NCBI GenBank assembly: GCA_016839555.1
Contig: JAEOUA010000006.1
Location: 512,001-576,000, forward strand
Direction: 5' to 3'
Source: Promethearchaeota archaeon
GTDB lineage: Archaea; Asgardarchaeota; Lokiarchaeia; Sigyniarchaeales; SOKP01
DNA length: 64,000 nucleotides
This document shows, one piece after another, positions 9,041 to 18,112 of this stretch. Each line of letters begins with the position of its first letter. The stretch's first letter is position 1. A program made the position numbers and the translations under genes. Below the pieces are notes generated by a model. The model did not search any database. It had not been told where the DNA came from and worked only from the letters and a program-made list of their open reading frames with translations.

Positions 9041-11491
9041 TTAAAACTTTTCTCTCAATATATCACTAATAATTTGTGGGAATTCATCCCATTTTTTTAT
9101 TGTGAGAAGCTGTCCGCCTGCAATTTTTACCATCTTTTTAGCATCTTCTAAATTAAAGGAGCTCTCTGGACAAACTAAGATAAAATCTACTCCAATAGAC
9201 CGAAATATTCTTAGCTCATTCATAGCATTTTCAAGATCATAAATTTCGGCATCGGTAAATAAAATATTTAATTTTTCCCGAGAACCAGACTTTTCTTTAA
9301 ACTGTCTTCTTGACCATTCTAACGCTTTCTGTAGCTTTGTTCCACCTTTTGCGGTAATTGTTAATAATTCTTCAGCTATCTCTTCCAAATCTGCCTTTTT
9401 ATCCATCTCTTTTAATATATGTGTATCTGATTCAAAAAAACAAACTGCTAATTCGTCTTTTTTTAGGGAGTATACAAGCATAGTTGTGCAGATTGCCATA
9501 TAAGCTAGCTTTTCTCCCGTCATACTTCCCGAGATATCCAACTCAATACATGCACTTCTTAATCCTTTAGCGGTCTCATAAACATAAAAGTCATCATAAT
9601 CAATGTGCGACAATTCCTTTCCTTTTTCAAGAATATTATAAATTGTTTCCTCAAGATCAATATTCTCAATGTCATCTCCAATTATATAAGGTCTAACCAC
9701 ATTAATTGGTATAGGCCCTGTGGTAGCCGTTCCTAGCCTAGCTCGAGAATAATAAATTCCAAGTTCAATGAGCATCTTTTTTGCTAACTCTTTAACCTTT
9801 TGTTTTGCGCCTTGAGGAATATTTTTTCTATGAATAAACCATTGCTTTAACATATTTTCTCCACTTCCCGCAGAAAGACATGATATAACTTTATTAACTC
9901 CTTCCTCTCCAGCCATCTCTTGAGCACCCCTCAGCGCCTGTTCAAGATTGAAATGCCCTAAAGCGCCCAATGCTTCTCTATTATCCGATGCTAATCCCGA
10001 ATTAAGAAGTTCCCTTAGTCGATCATTGTTTAATTCGTTTTTTAACCGATTGATTAAATTTTGCAATCTTTCAAAATCTCCTTGATTCTTCTCTACTAAT
10101 TTTTTCAATAACTGATAATTTGGTTCGATTAATTCGAATATTTCATCTTCATGCATTCCCAGAGCTTTTCCTTGTTCCTTAATAATGTCTGGATTTGGTT
10201 TTAAGCCGATTTTTCGGAGGAATTCAACCGCATCTCTTAATTCAGAAGGATTTTTAGCTGATTCTAAGGTTTTTTTTAAGATATCAGGCAAGGCTTGTGA
10301 AATTTTTTGACTGCAGTGATTGTTCTGGCAAGAATTTTTTAGTTGCTCTAATTGATGTGAGAGTGATTTAAAACCCTCTACTTGTCGTTTTTGATTTAAT
10401 ATGTCTTCTACCGCATTTTCTAGGGCTTTTTTGAAAAGGCTATTCCATGCCTTATTTGCCATAGCGTTTTTAGTTAAAGTTTCTAACGACAAATTCATTT
10501 GGGATTGATCTTTCATTTTATTAAATTTGTTTAGCAGATCCTTTCTTAAATTAGTCCCATAATATTGATCTAGTGCGTTCGCTAAATTAAAATTTCGTTC
10601 GAAAGAAGAACTGTTAATGGAATTATTTAAAACTTGTTCTTTATTAAAGTTAGGTGTTTCTCCTAAATTTTTTGCTGCATTAAACAATTGTTCAAGATTT
10701 TTAATTTGATTTTGAAGATTTCTTTTCATTGCTTGAAATTGTTCATGATTAATTGCATCAGTGTTTTTTAAGAATTTCATAGATTGGATTAAATCTTCAA
10801 AATTACCTTTTTGCATTAAATCATTTAATTCTTTGGAAATATCTTCGTTATTCAATGCTTTACTAGCTAATTTTTCCCAAATTCTTTTAGAATTTTCTTC
10901 AACTAAATCGTTTAAATTCAGGTTAGAGGCCGCTTTTAAATCTTTAGGATCGAGTGAGTTTATTTTATCCATAAATCGTTTTTTAGCTTCTTCTATTAGC
11001 TCTTCGAATGAAGATATTTCTTCTTTATATAATTCTGAATCGTCATTGAAAAACTCTAAAGCCGATTTATAAGGTTCTTGATTCCTTTTTTTATTTAATT
11101 CTTCAATAAATTGCTCTAACTCTTGAATTTTTTCATTATCTACGGACATTTCAATTTCTTCAATTACATCCTGAATTTCATCTAACTCAGATTGTTCTTG
11201 TGGAGTTAGAAAATCATCTTCATTCTCATATTCTGCTTTTTCATCCCCAAAAAATTCAGAGACGATATCTTTTTTATAATTTGGAAATAAGATTTGAAAT
11301 GCAACATCCTTTGCTAATTCTTGGTTATCAGGAAATGAGGTCACTTTACTAATTTCAATGAAATCATTTGGATTAACTGAGCCATTACGATAATAGCGAG
11401 ATAGAATTAACCGAGGAATCGAAAGAACTTGTCTAGAAGAGGGCATTTGAACTATATCAGGATGTCTCCTCATTCGATTTATAAACTCCAC
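9041..11491 (-). CDS. VWA-domain protein (MoxR partner)
   Basis: C-terminal MIDAS motif DISGSM ... GGT ... FTD after a long helical region. The frame stays open upstream to 11542, so the start may be earlier. Confidence 0.85.
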   Translation of the reverse strand: MEFINRMRRHPDIVQMPSSRQVLSIPRLILSRYYRNGSVNPNDFIEISKVTSFPDNQELAKDVAFQILFPNYKKDIVSEFFGDEKAEYENEDDFLTPQEQSELDEIQDVIEEIEMSVDNEKIQELEQFIEELNKKRNQEPYKSALEFFNDDSELYKEEISSFEELIEEAKKRFMDKINSLDPKDLKAASNLNLNDLVEENSKRIWEKLASKALNNEDISKELNDLMQKGNFEDLIQSMKFLKNTDAINHEQFQAMKRNLQNQIKNLEQLFNAAKNLGETPNFNKEQVLNNSINSSSFERNFNLANALDQYYGTNLRKDLLNKFNKMKDQSQMNLSLETLTKNAMANKAWNSLFKKALENAVEDILNQKRQVEGFKSLSHQLEQLKNSCQNNHCSQKISQALPDILKKTLESAKNPSELRDAVEFLRKIGLKPNPDIIKEQGKALGMHEDEIFELIEPNYQLLKKLVEKNQGDFERLQNLINRLKNELNNDRLRELLNSGLASDNREALGALGHFNLEQALRGAQEMAGEEGVNKVISCLSAGSGENMLKQWFIHRKNIPQGAKQKVKELAKKMLIELGIYYSRARLGTATTGPIPINVVRPYIIGDDIENIDLEETIYNILEKGKELSHIDYDDFYVYETAKGLRSACIELDISGSMTGEKLAYMAICTTMLVYSLKKDELAVCFFESDTHILKEMDKKADLEEIAEELLTITAKGGTKLQKALEWSRRQFKEKSGSREKLNILFTDAEIYDLENAMNELRIFRSIGVDFILVCPESSFNLEDAKKMVKIAGGQLLTIKKWDEFPQIISDILREKF

Positions 11492-11534
11492 AGCGAACTC
11501 GCATGGGTTCTCGGGGAAAACTGCGATTAGAAAG

Positions 11535-12473
11535 TCACCCTCCTAAAGTTTTATTTATAATTCCTTCGATAATGTTTTCTACTTTCACTCCTGGTTTCGG
11601 TTTAATACTGCCTAAAAGAACATGCTTAGAAATATCAGCTAAATAATTATATATGGAATCTTCATCTTTTAAAATCCCCTTTTCTTCAAGATATCGTCTC
11701 CGTCCCAATAATTTTGCGATAGCAATTCCTGCACGGATTGAAGCGGGAACTTCAATATCTATCTTATTCTTCCTAGTTTCATCAATAATAGAATAAATTA
11801 TTTCCAATTCTGATTCTTCAACCATAAATTGCTCGGGAAGATTTATTCTAATTATATCTAATTCGGTCGCTTTTTCAGGATATGTTAGTTTTATCCAGAC
11901 TTTTATTCTATCTTTTAATGCTTCTGATAATCTATGGGTTCCCGATAATTCTTCAGGATTCATTGCGCAAATAAAAAAAAAGTCTTTATCCGCTTTAATT
12001 CGGCCAAGATGAGGTATACCTATCGAAGCTTCTTCTAATGGTTCTAATAAAGTGTTTTGAGAATATTCGGTAGCACGATTTATTTCATTAGCTAAAAAGG
12101 TTCCTCCCTCAAGCATGGCACTTAATAAAGGTCCTGGGTTAAATGCCTCTAAAGTAAAGCCTTGCTTCAACGTAATTGCAGGGTCGAAACTTCCCACAAA
12201 GTGCGAGGGCTTAATGGACTCATCCATCGTTAACCAGTAAAAGCTTCTCCTCTTATTTTCTTTTGCTCTTAAGCTGGCAAAATAGCGGCAAAGAATAGTT
12301 TTTCCAACACCAGGAGGTCCCACTAACGCAGGAAATAATCCTGTCGCTTCAGCATCTCTTAATAATTCAAGAGCTTTGCCATACTGCCCTGATAAGACGA
12401 TATCAATCTTTTCTTGAGCTATATCTTTTATTAAATTCTTCGTAAAAAGCTGTTCAAATCTATCTTTATCCAT
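11535..12473 (-). CDS. MoxR-family AAA+ ATPase
   Basis: Walker A GPPGVGKT, Walker B-like FLANEINRA, AMNP, LSEALKDR, ASIRAGI. Confidence 0.9.
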   Translation of the reverse strand: MDKDRFEQLFTKNLIKDIAQEKIDIVLSGQYGKALELLRDAEATGLFPALVGPPGVGKTILCRYFASLRAKENKRRSFYWLTMDESIKPSHFVGSFDPAITLKQGFTLEAFNPGPLLSAMLEGGTFLANEINRATEYSQNTLLEPLEEASIGIPHLGRIKADKDFFFICAMNPEELSGTHRLSEALKDRIKVWIKLTYPEKATELDIIRINLPEQFMVEESELEIIYSIIDETRKNKIDIEVPASIRAGIAIAKLLGRRRYLEEKGILKDEDSIYNYLADISKHVLLGSIKPKPGVKVENIIEGIINKTLGG

Positions 12474-12569
12474 ATTTAAAAACTTAATTTTTTATATTAA
12501 TACGATACTTCACTAGGTATTAATTAATTAAATAAATTAATTAATTTTCTCTATTATATTAAATAAAAA

Positions 12570-13412
12570 ATGATTCAACCTTATTTTGAAGATAATAACT
12601 TCATTTTATTTCATGGAAATTCAATCGAACTCTTAAATCAATGGCAAAACGAAAAATTTGATTTAATTTTTGCTGATCCCCCCTATTTCCTTTCGAATGA
12701 TGGGATTACTTGCTCCTCTGGAAAAATGGTTTCGGTGAACAAGGGAGAATGGGATAGATCTCAAGGTTTTGAACAAGATATATCATTTAGTGAGCAATGG
12801 CTTAGAGCATGTAGAAAAGTTTTAAAAAAAAATGGAACGATATGGATTTCAGGTACTTTACATATAATTTATAAAATAGGATATTTATTAGAAAAACTTG
12901 ATTATGATATTATTAATGATATAGTCTGGTTCAAACCCAATGCCCCACCTAATCTTTCTTGTAGATACTTTACTCATAGCCATGAAATTATCTTGTGGGC
13001 GCGAAAATCAGAAGATTCAGATCATTCGTTTAATTATGATGCAATGAAATATTGGAATAATTCAAAGGATAGATTAAAAAACCCAGATAAACAGATGAGA
13101 AGCGTATGGTCCATTCCTCTTCTCTCAAAATCTGAAAAAAAATATGGAAAACATCCTACTCAGAAACCTATAGAACTTTTAAACAGAATTATAACGGCTT
13201 CATCAAATGAAGGTGATATCGTATTGGATCCATTTATTGGTTCGGGAACAACCGGAATTGTATGTAGTGTGTTGAATCGTAAATTTATTGGAATTGATAT
13301 TAATAAGGATTATCTTGATTTGACTATAAAAAGATATAATGATAATACAAAAAAGAGCTTATTTTATTTTCCTGAAAAGGATGAAGATAACAAGATTACA
13401 AAATATTTTTAA
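12570..13412 (+). CDS. Beta-class N6-adenine DNA methyltransferase (DpnA/M2.DpnII-like), orphan
   Basis: DLIFADPPYFLSNDGITC..GKMVSVNKGEWD, HPTQKP, DPFIGSGTTG; no cognate endonuclease adjacent. Confidence 0.9.
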   Translation: MIQPYFEDNNFILFHGNSIELLNQWQNEKFDLIFADPPYFLSNDGITCSSGKMVSVNKGEWDRSQGFEQDISFSEQWLRACRKVLKKNGTIWISGTLHIIYKIGYLLEKLDYDIINDIVWFKPNAPPNLSCRYFTHSHEIILWARKSEDSDHSFNYDAMKYWNNSKDRLKNPDKQMRSVWSIPLLSKSEKKYGKHPTQKPIELLNRIITASSNEGDIVLDPFIGSGTTGIVCSVLNRKFIGIDINKDYLDLTIKRYNDNTKKSLFYFPEKDEDNKITKYF

Positions 13413-13611
13413 TTAGTAAAAACATATATTCCCCTTAAATGCCAATCCTATTAAATTATATATTAAAAAAATAGAAAATTAAGAATTTAATAGTTATTTA
13501 CATTAAAATTTTTGAATTTATCGTAATAAAGCATTTATTACTTTTTTAGATAAAAGAATAAATTATTTTTAGTTAAATAGATTAAATATTATATATCTTG
13601 TATCTCAAAAC

Positions 13612-13713
13612 GGGCCTGTAGATCAGCGGAAGATCTTTTCTTTGCGTATGGCAATTTAATCTTAAGCTTGATTCGCATTCGAGAGGTCACGGGTTCAATT
13701 CCCGTCAGGTCCA
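13612..13713 (+). tRNA. tRNA-Ala(CGC) with 30-nt intron at position 25/26 (13636-13665)
   Basis: Acceptor GGGCCTG/CAGGTCC with G3:U70 Ala identity; D stem GATC/GATC; anticodon stem CTTGA/TCGAG with loop TTCGCAT (CGC at 13674-13676); T arm ACGGG-TTCAATT-CCCGT; BHB-like helix AAGA:TCTT with 3-nt bulges. Confidence 0.9.
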
Positions 13714-13783
13714 CTAAATTAAAAAAAAAGAAATAAAAATTCATATAGCCTAAAAATTTCAAAAAAACGCAAAAAGATATAAT

Positions 13784-16384
13784 ATGGGGCAAAAAACGCC
13801 TTTCCCAAAACGATTTAACCATAAAAAAATTCAAGAAAAATGGATTAAATATTGGAAGGAAAATAACATTTTTAAATTCGATTTAAATAAAAACGGAAAA
13901 ATATTTTCAATCGATACCCCACCTCCGTTTGTATCAGGCACTTTACATTTAGGACATGTCTTAAATCATTCTTGGATAGATTTTGTTGCACGATATCATA
14001 ATATGAGAGGTGATAACGTATATTTTCCTCAAGGATTTGATTGTCATGGGCTGCCTGTAGAATTAGCTGTTGAAAAAAACTATGGTATCTCAAAAGATGA
14101 TCGTGAGAAATTTTTAGAGAAATGTGTAGAATGGGTAGAAGATAATATCAAAAATATGAGAGAACAATTTGATGACCTAGCATATTCAACAGATTGGGAT
14201 TATACCTATCGCACAATGGACGATAATTACAAATATAAAGTCCAAAAATCTTTACTATTTTTCTATAAAAAAGGATGGCTTTATAGGGAAAAATTTCCAA
14301 CTCATTTCTGCGTAAATTGTGAAACCTCCGTGGCAAAAGCCGAAGTAGGATATACTGAAGAGGAAGGGAAACTTTGGTATATTAAACTACCAATCGAAGG
14401 ACACGAAGGGGAAACAGTGACTATCGCAACAACTCGTCCTGAAATGATGGAAAGTTGCGTTGGCATTTTTGTTCATCCAAAAGATGATAGATATTATCAT
14501 CTTTCTGCCGCAGAAGTGAGATTACCAATTGCAGATCGAGTAGTGAGGATTAGAGCAGATAAAGATGTTGATATGAATTTCGGAACAGGAGTTGTCTACT
14601 GCTGTACATATGGTGATGAATTAGATATCAAGTGGAAATTAAATTACGACCTTGATGAAATTCAGCTGTTTACTAAAAATGGTAAGATGAATAAAAACTC
14701 AAAATATAAAGGATTAACTATCGAAGAAGCTCGTGAAAAAATAGTAGATGATTTAAAAAAAATGGGACTTCTAGAAAAAATTGAACCTTATGAACATAAT
14801 ATAATCATTCATTCAGAGCGTTCTTCTTGTCGACAACCAATAGAATACTTACCTGTTTATCAGTGGTTTATCAATATTAAAGACTTTACTGACGAAATTA
14901 TAAAAGCAGGTGAGTCTATGGAATGGTATCCTGAAAAACATAAACAAAGACTTATAGATTGGGCAGAGGGACTAGATTGGAATTGGGTTATATCTCGCCA
15001 AAGAGTTTTTGGTACTCCGATACCTTTCTGGTATTGTGAAGATTGTGGAGAAATTATCCCCCCAAATGAAGATGATTTACCGCTCGATCCCATACAAGAA
15101 CTACCTACAGTTAAAATATGTCCTAATTGTAAAAGCAGTAAAATAAGTCCTGAAAGGGATGTGTGCGATTGTTGGATTGACTCAAGTATAACTCCTTTAG
15201 CAATTTCTAAATGGTTGGAAGATGAGGACTTTTTTGAAAAAACATACATAAATGCGCGAGTTCATCGTCCTCAAGGATATGAAATAATACGCACTTGGTT
15301 GTTTTATACTTTATTCCGATGCAAAAAACTTACTGGAAAAGCACCTTTTGATGAAGTCATGATAAATGGCATGGTAGCGGGGCCTGATTCAAGAAAAATG
15401 TCTAAGAGTTTTGGAAATATCGTTTCCCCCGATGAGGTTATGCCCGAATTTGGGGCGGATGCCATCAGACAATGGGCTGCTATGGGTTCCTTAGGCGATG
15501 ATTATCCATTTGAATATACATGGATAAACATACATAATAAGCAACCTGTTCCTGTAGAAAAGATCCAAAATGAAAGAGCAAAATTACCTGAAGAGAAATT
15601 TAATAAAAAATATCAGAGAAGATATGAGCAATTAATTGCCGCATCAAGATTTCTTACTAAGGTTTGGAACGCATATAGATTTATATATATTAATTTAGAT
15701 AAAATTGAACTATCTAATATTGATGTTGATATAAATACCCTCACGAATATAGAGAATTATTTCTTTTCAGAGTATAATAAAAATTTAAAAAAAATTACTT
15801 ATTATTTTGATAATTATAATTGGCATGAAGCCTTCATGGTTTTGCGAACCTTTTTCTGGAATGAACTATGTGATAATTATATTGAAGCAATTAAATATCG
15901 TTTTTATTCTGAGAATGAAAATTCTGGAAGCCTCGCATTAAAAAATGCATTAAATCTTTTCTTTCAAATACTTAAAATTTTTTCAATAATCATCCCTTAT
16001 ATTTCTGAAGAAATACATTTTATAATTTTTAAAAGATTTACTGGGTTAAATTCAGTTTATAAAATAAAATACCCGAAACCCTATAGAGATCTAAATGATG
16101 AGAAGATTAAAGAGGGCGAATTAGGGATTAAATTAATCAAAAAGATTAGAAAAACTAAATCAGAATTGCAAATTCCTTTAAATCAAGAATTGGAAAAAGT
16201 AATTTTATTAACTAATAACAATCAACTTAATTTACTAAACAATCTCAAGGAAGATATTATGAATACCTTACGAATAAACGATTTACAAATAATAGAAAAC
16301 TCAAAAAAAGATATTATTACTGGAAGACCAGATTTTGAGGAAAATTTTGAGGATATTGGAATATCATTATTAGTTTTTAAATAA
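13784..16384 (+). CDS. valS: Valine--tRNA ligase
   Basis: IDTPPPFVSGTLHLGH (HIGH), GFDCHGLP, ATTRPE, WVISRQRVFGTPIP, KMSKS. Confidence 0.96.
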   Translation: MGQKTPFPKRFNHKKIQEKWIKYWKENNIFKFDLNKNGKIFSIDTPPPFVSGTLHLGHVLNHSWIDFVARYHNMRGDNVYFPQGFDCHGLPVELAVEKNYGISKDDREKFLEKCVEWVEDNIKNMREQFDDLAYSTDWDYTYRTMDDNYKYKVQKSLLFFYKKGWLYREKFPTHFCVNCETSVAKAEVGYTEEEGKLWYIKLPIEGHEGETVTIATTRPEMMESCVGIFVHPKDDRYYHLSAAEVRLPIADRVVRIRADKDVDMNFGTGVVYCCTYGDELDIKWKLNYDLDEIQLFTKNGKMNKNSKYKGLTIEEAREKIVDDLKKMGLLEKIEPYEHNIIIHSERSSCRQPIEYLPVYQWFINIKDFTDEIIKAGESMEWYPEKHKQRLIDWAEGLDWNWVISRQRVFGTPIPFWYCEDCGEIIPPNEDDLPLDPIQELPTVKICPNCKSSKISPERDVCDCWIDSSITPLAISKWLEDEDFFEKTYINARVHRPQGYEIIRTWLFYTLFRCKKLTGKAPFDEVMINGMVAGPDSRKMSKSFGNIVSPDEVMPEFGADAIRQWAAMGSLGDDYPFEYTWINIHNKQPVPVEKIQNERAKLPEEKFNKKYQRRYEQLIAASRFLTKVWNAYRFIYINLDKIELSNIDVDINTLTNIENYFFSEYNKNLKKITYYFDNYNWHEAFMVLRTFFWNELCDNYIEAIKYRFYSENENSGSLALKNALNLFFQILKIFSIIIPYISEEIHFIIFKRFTGLNSVYKIKYPKPYRDLNDEKIKEGELGIKLIKKIRKTKSELQIPLNQELEKVILLTNNNQLNLLNNLKEDIMNTLRINDLQIIENSKKDIITGRPDFEENFEDIGISLLVFK

Positions 16385-16388
16385 AATG

Positions 16389-17066
16389 TTATTCCTCTGG
16401 TTGAATTCCCAATTGAGTGATCATTGCTTTTTTCATTTCTTCTATATTTCTAGGGAGCCCAAACATTTCGGCATATTTCTCTGTTGTTGTTAATTCAGAA
16501 GTTCTACCTTTTTTATTAGCATCAATAAGTCCATTTTCTTTAAGATATTTCACATGCTCATAAGCACCGCTTCCTCTTATTTTTATCAATTTTGATTTCA
16601 AAATTGGTTGTTTTAAAGCGATAATTGTTAGGGTTCTCAAATATTTTTCTGCGATCGCGCCTCCTTGAGCAAACGGATATAATTTTTCGGAATATTCTGG
16701 TTTAATCTGCATTTGATATTTTAATCCTATTTTTATAATCGCAAGAGAAGTCAATCTTTTTTCATAAATATCAATTAATTCATTTAATAATTCTTCTACT
16801 TTTTCTTTTGGAAGTTCTAGTTTCATGGAAATTTCTTCTACGGTGAGAGATTTATCTGATGCATAGAGGGCACCTTCTATTAAATTTCTATTGTAATACA
16901 TTAATTCAGAATCAGACATTTTGGTTTCATCCTCATCTCCCTCACCTTCAAATATACTTTTTTCATTAATAACTATTAAATCTTTTTTATCTTCAGTCTT
17001 CTCTTGAGTGGACTTTAAATCATTATTATCTTTTTCTATCATCTTATAGATTTTTTTTAAATTCAA
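16389..17066 (-). CDS. scpB: SMC-Scp complex subunit ScpB (kite)
   Basis: IEGALYAS, LRTLTIIALKQPI, IRGSGAYEHVKYL..GLI, TTEKYAEMFGL; third gene of smc operon. Confidence 0.9.
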   Translation of the reverse strand: MNLKKIYKMIEKDNNDLKSTQEKTEDKKDLIVINEKSIFEGEGDEDETKMSDSELMYYNRNLIEGALYASDKSLTVEEISMKLELPKEKVEELLNELIDIYEKRLTSLAIIKIGLKYQMQIKPEYSEKLYPFAQGGAIAEKYLRTLTIIALKQPILKSKLIKIRGSGAYEHVKYLKENGLIDANKKGRTSELTTTEKYAEMFGLPRNIEEMKKAMITQLGIQPEE

Positions 17067-17093
17067 AATTTATGTAAAAAGAAAAATCAAAAT

Positions 17094-18089
17094 TTATATT
17101 TCGATTTCTATATCCTTAAATTCTTCATCTTGTATTAATGATATCCTTTTATTATTACTAAGAAACATTAAAGCTAAGAACATTCTCACTAATTCATATT
17201 TTCTACCCAAAATATTCTCTTCATCTTCACTAATTAATTTTATTAATTCAAAGAAACTAGTTTTTACTTTTCCTTCAAGATTAATATTTGCTTTGATTTT
17301 ATTATACCAGCTTTCATGTAATTCCTCAATAGACATTTCTCTTCCACTAATATGTTTGAGTAATTCTTTCGGAAGTGTTGCCTCAGATTTTTGCTGCTTT
17401 TTTTTATTTAATTCTTGCTCTCGCTTAAGACGCCTTCTTTTTAATTTTTCTTTTTTCTGCATAGTTTCTATGATCCCCGCCCTCATGGCTTCAAATAATT
17501 CCTCTTGACTAGAAGTTTTTAATTTAGGTCTAATGGGTTGCGTAAGTGTTTTTGGAATTCTTCGCTGGGTTGTTCTCCTTAATTTTTCAATCATTTCTTG
17601 CTTCTGTATTTCTTCCTCTTCCTTAATAACACTTTTTATTTTATAACGATGTAGTGAAGCGGAGTTTTTTAAGGCAATACCTGAAACTTTATAATTTATA
17701 AAATCCTCTGAAAGCATTTTACTAAAGAATTTGTCTACTAAACTTGAAAGATCGTAGAATGCAACATCTGATTCTTTTGCTAATTCAAAATTTAAAAGAA
17801 CACTAAATGGGGGTTTTTGCCAGAACTTTAATCCTATTTCTTTTTTCTTATATAGAGGCTCTTGTTCATCCGTTTCAAAGCCAACTATTAGCTCTTCATC
17901 CAGATTTTCTTGTTTTGTCCGATCCACAAATTCCGGATGAGAAACAACTTTAGTTAATAATTTAATAATATCTTCTTTTTTTAATCCAGATGGGATCGAA
18001 ATATTATTAATTGAAGCAAATTCCCTTAAATCTTTTACCGTCCTGCCAGTAAAATTATATTCTTGATTTATTTCTTTTTTTTTCGTCAT
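17094..18089 (-). CDS. scpA: Kleisin ScpA with N-terminal HeH/Rho-N-like extension
   Basis: DVAFYDLSSLVDKF..SGIALKNSASLHRYK N-domain; C-terminal winged helix SFFEL..VRMFLALMFL....ISLIQDEEFKDI; lies between smc and scpB. Confidence 0.85.
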   Translation of the reverse strand: MTKKKEINQEYNFTGRTVKDLREFASINNISIPSGLKKEDIIKLLTKVVSHPEFVDRTKQENLDEELIVGFETDEQEPLYKKKEIGLKFWQKPPFSVLLNFELAKESDVAFYDLSSLVDKFFSKMLSEDFINYKVSGIALKNSASLHRYKIKSVIKEEEEIQKQEMIEKLRRTTQRRIPKTLTQPIRPKLKTSSQEELFEAMRAGIIETMQKKEKLKRRRLKREQELNKKKQQKSEATLPKELLKHISGREMSIEELHESWYNKIKANINLEGKVKTSFFELIKLISEDEENILGRKYELVRMFLALMFLSNNKRISLIQDEEFKDIEIEI

Positions 18090-18112
18090 AATTCTTTGAT
18101 TTTAAAAATTTA

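Noticed and set aside
11457-11537. UGA readthrough (selenocysteine) of MoxR
   Set aside because: Adds only about 25 codons before another TGA; no catalytic Cys context or SECIS recognised
13636-13650. Reading the tRNA as having a GCG or TGC anticodon directly after the D arm
   Set aside because: No proper anticodon stem forms; G3:U70 and the CTTGA/TCGAG stem support Ala-CGC with an intron
13589-13834. 81-aa ORF on the minus strand
   Set aside because: Antisense shadow of tRNA-Ala and the valS start
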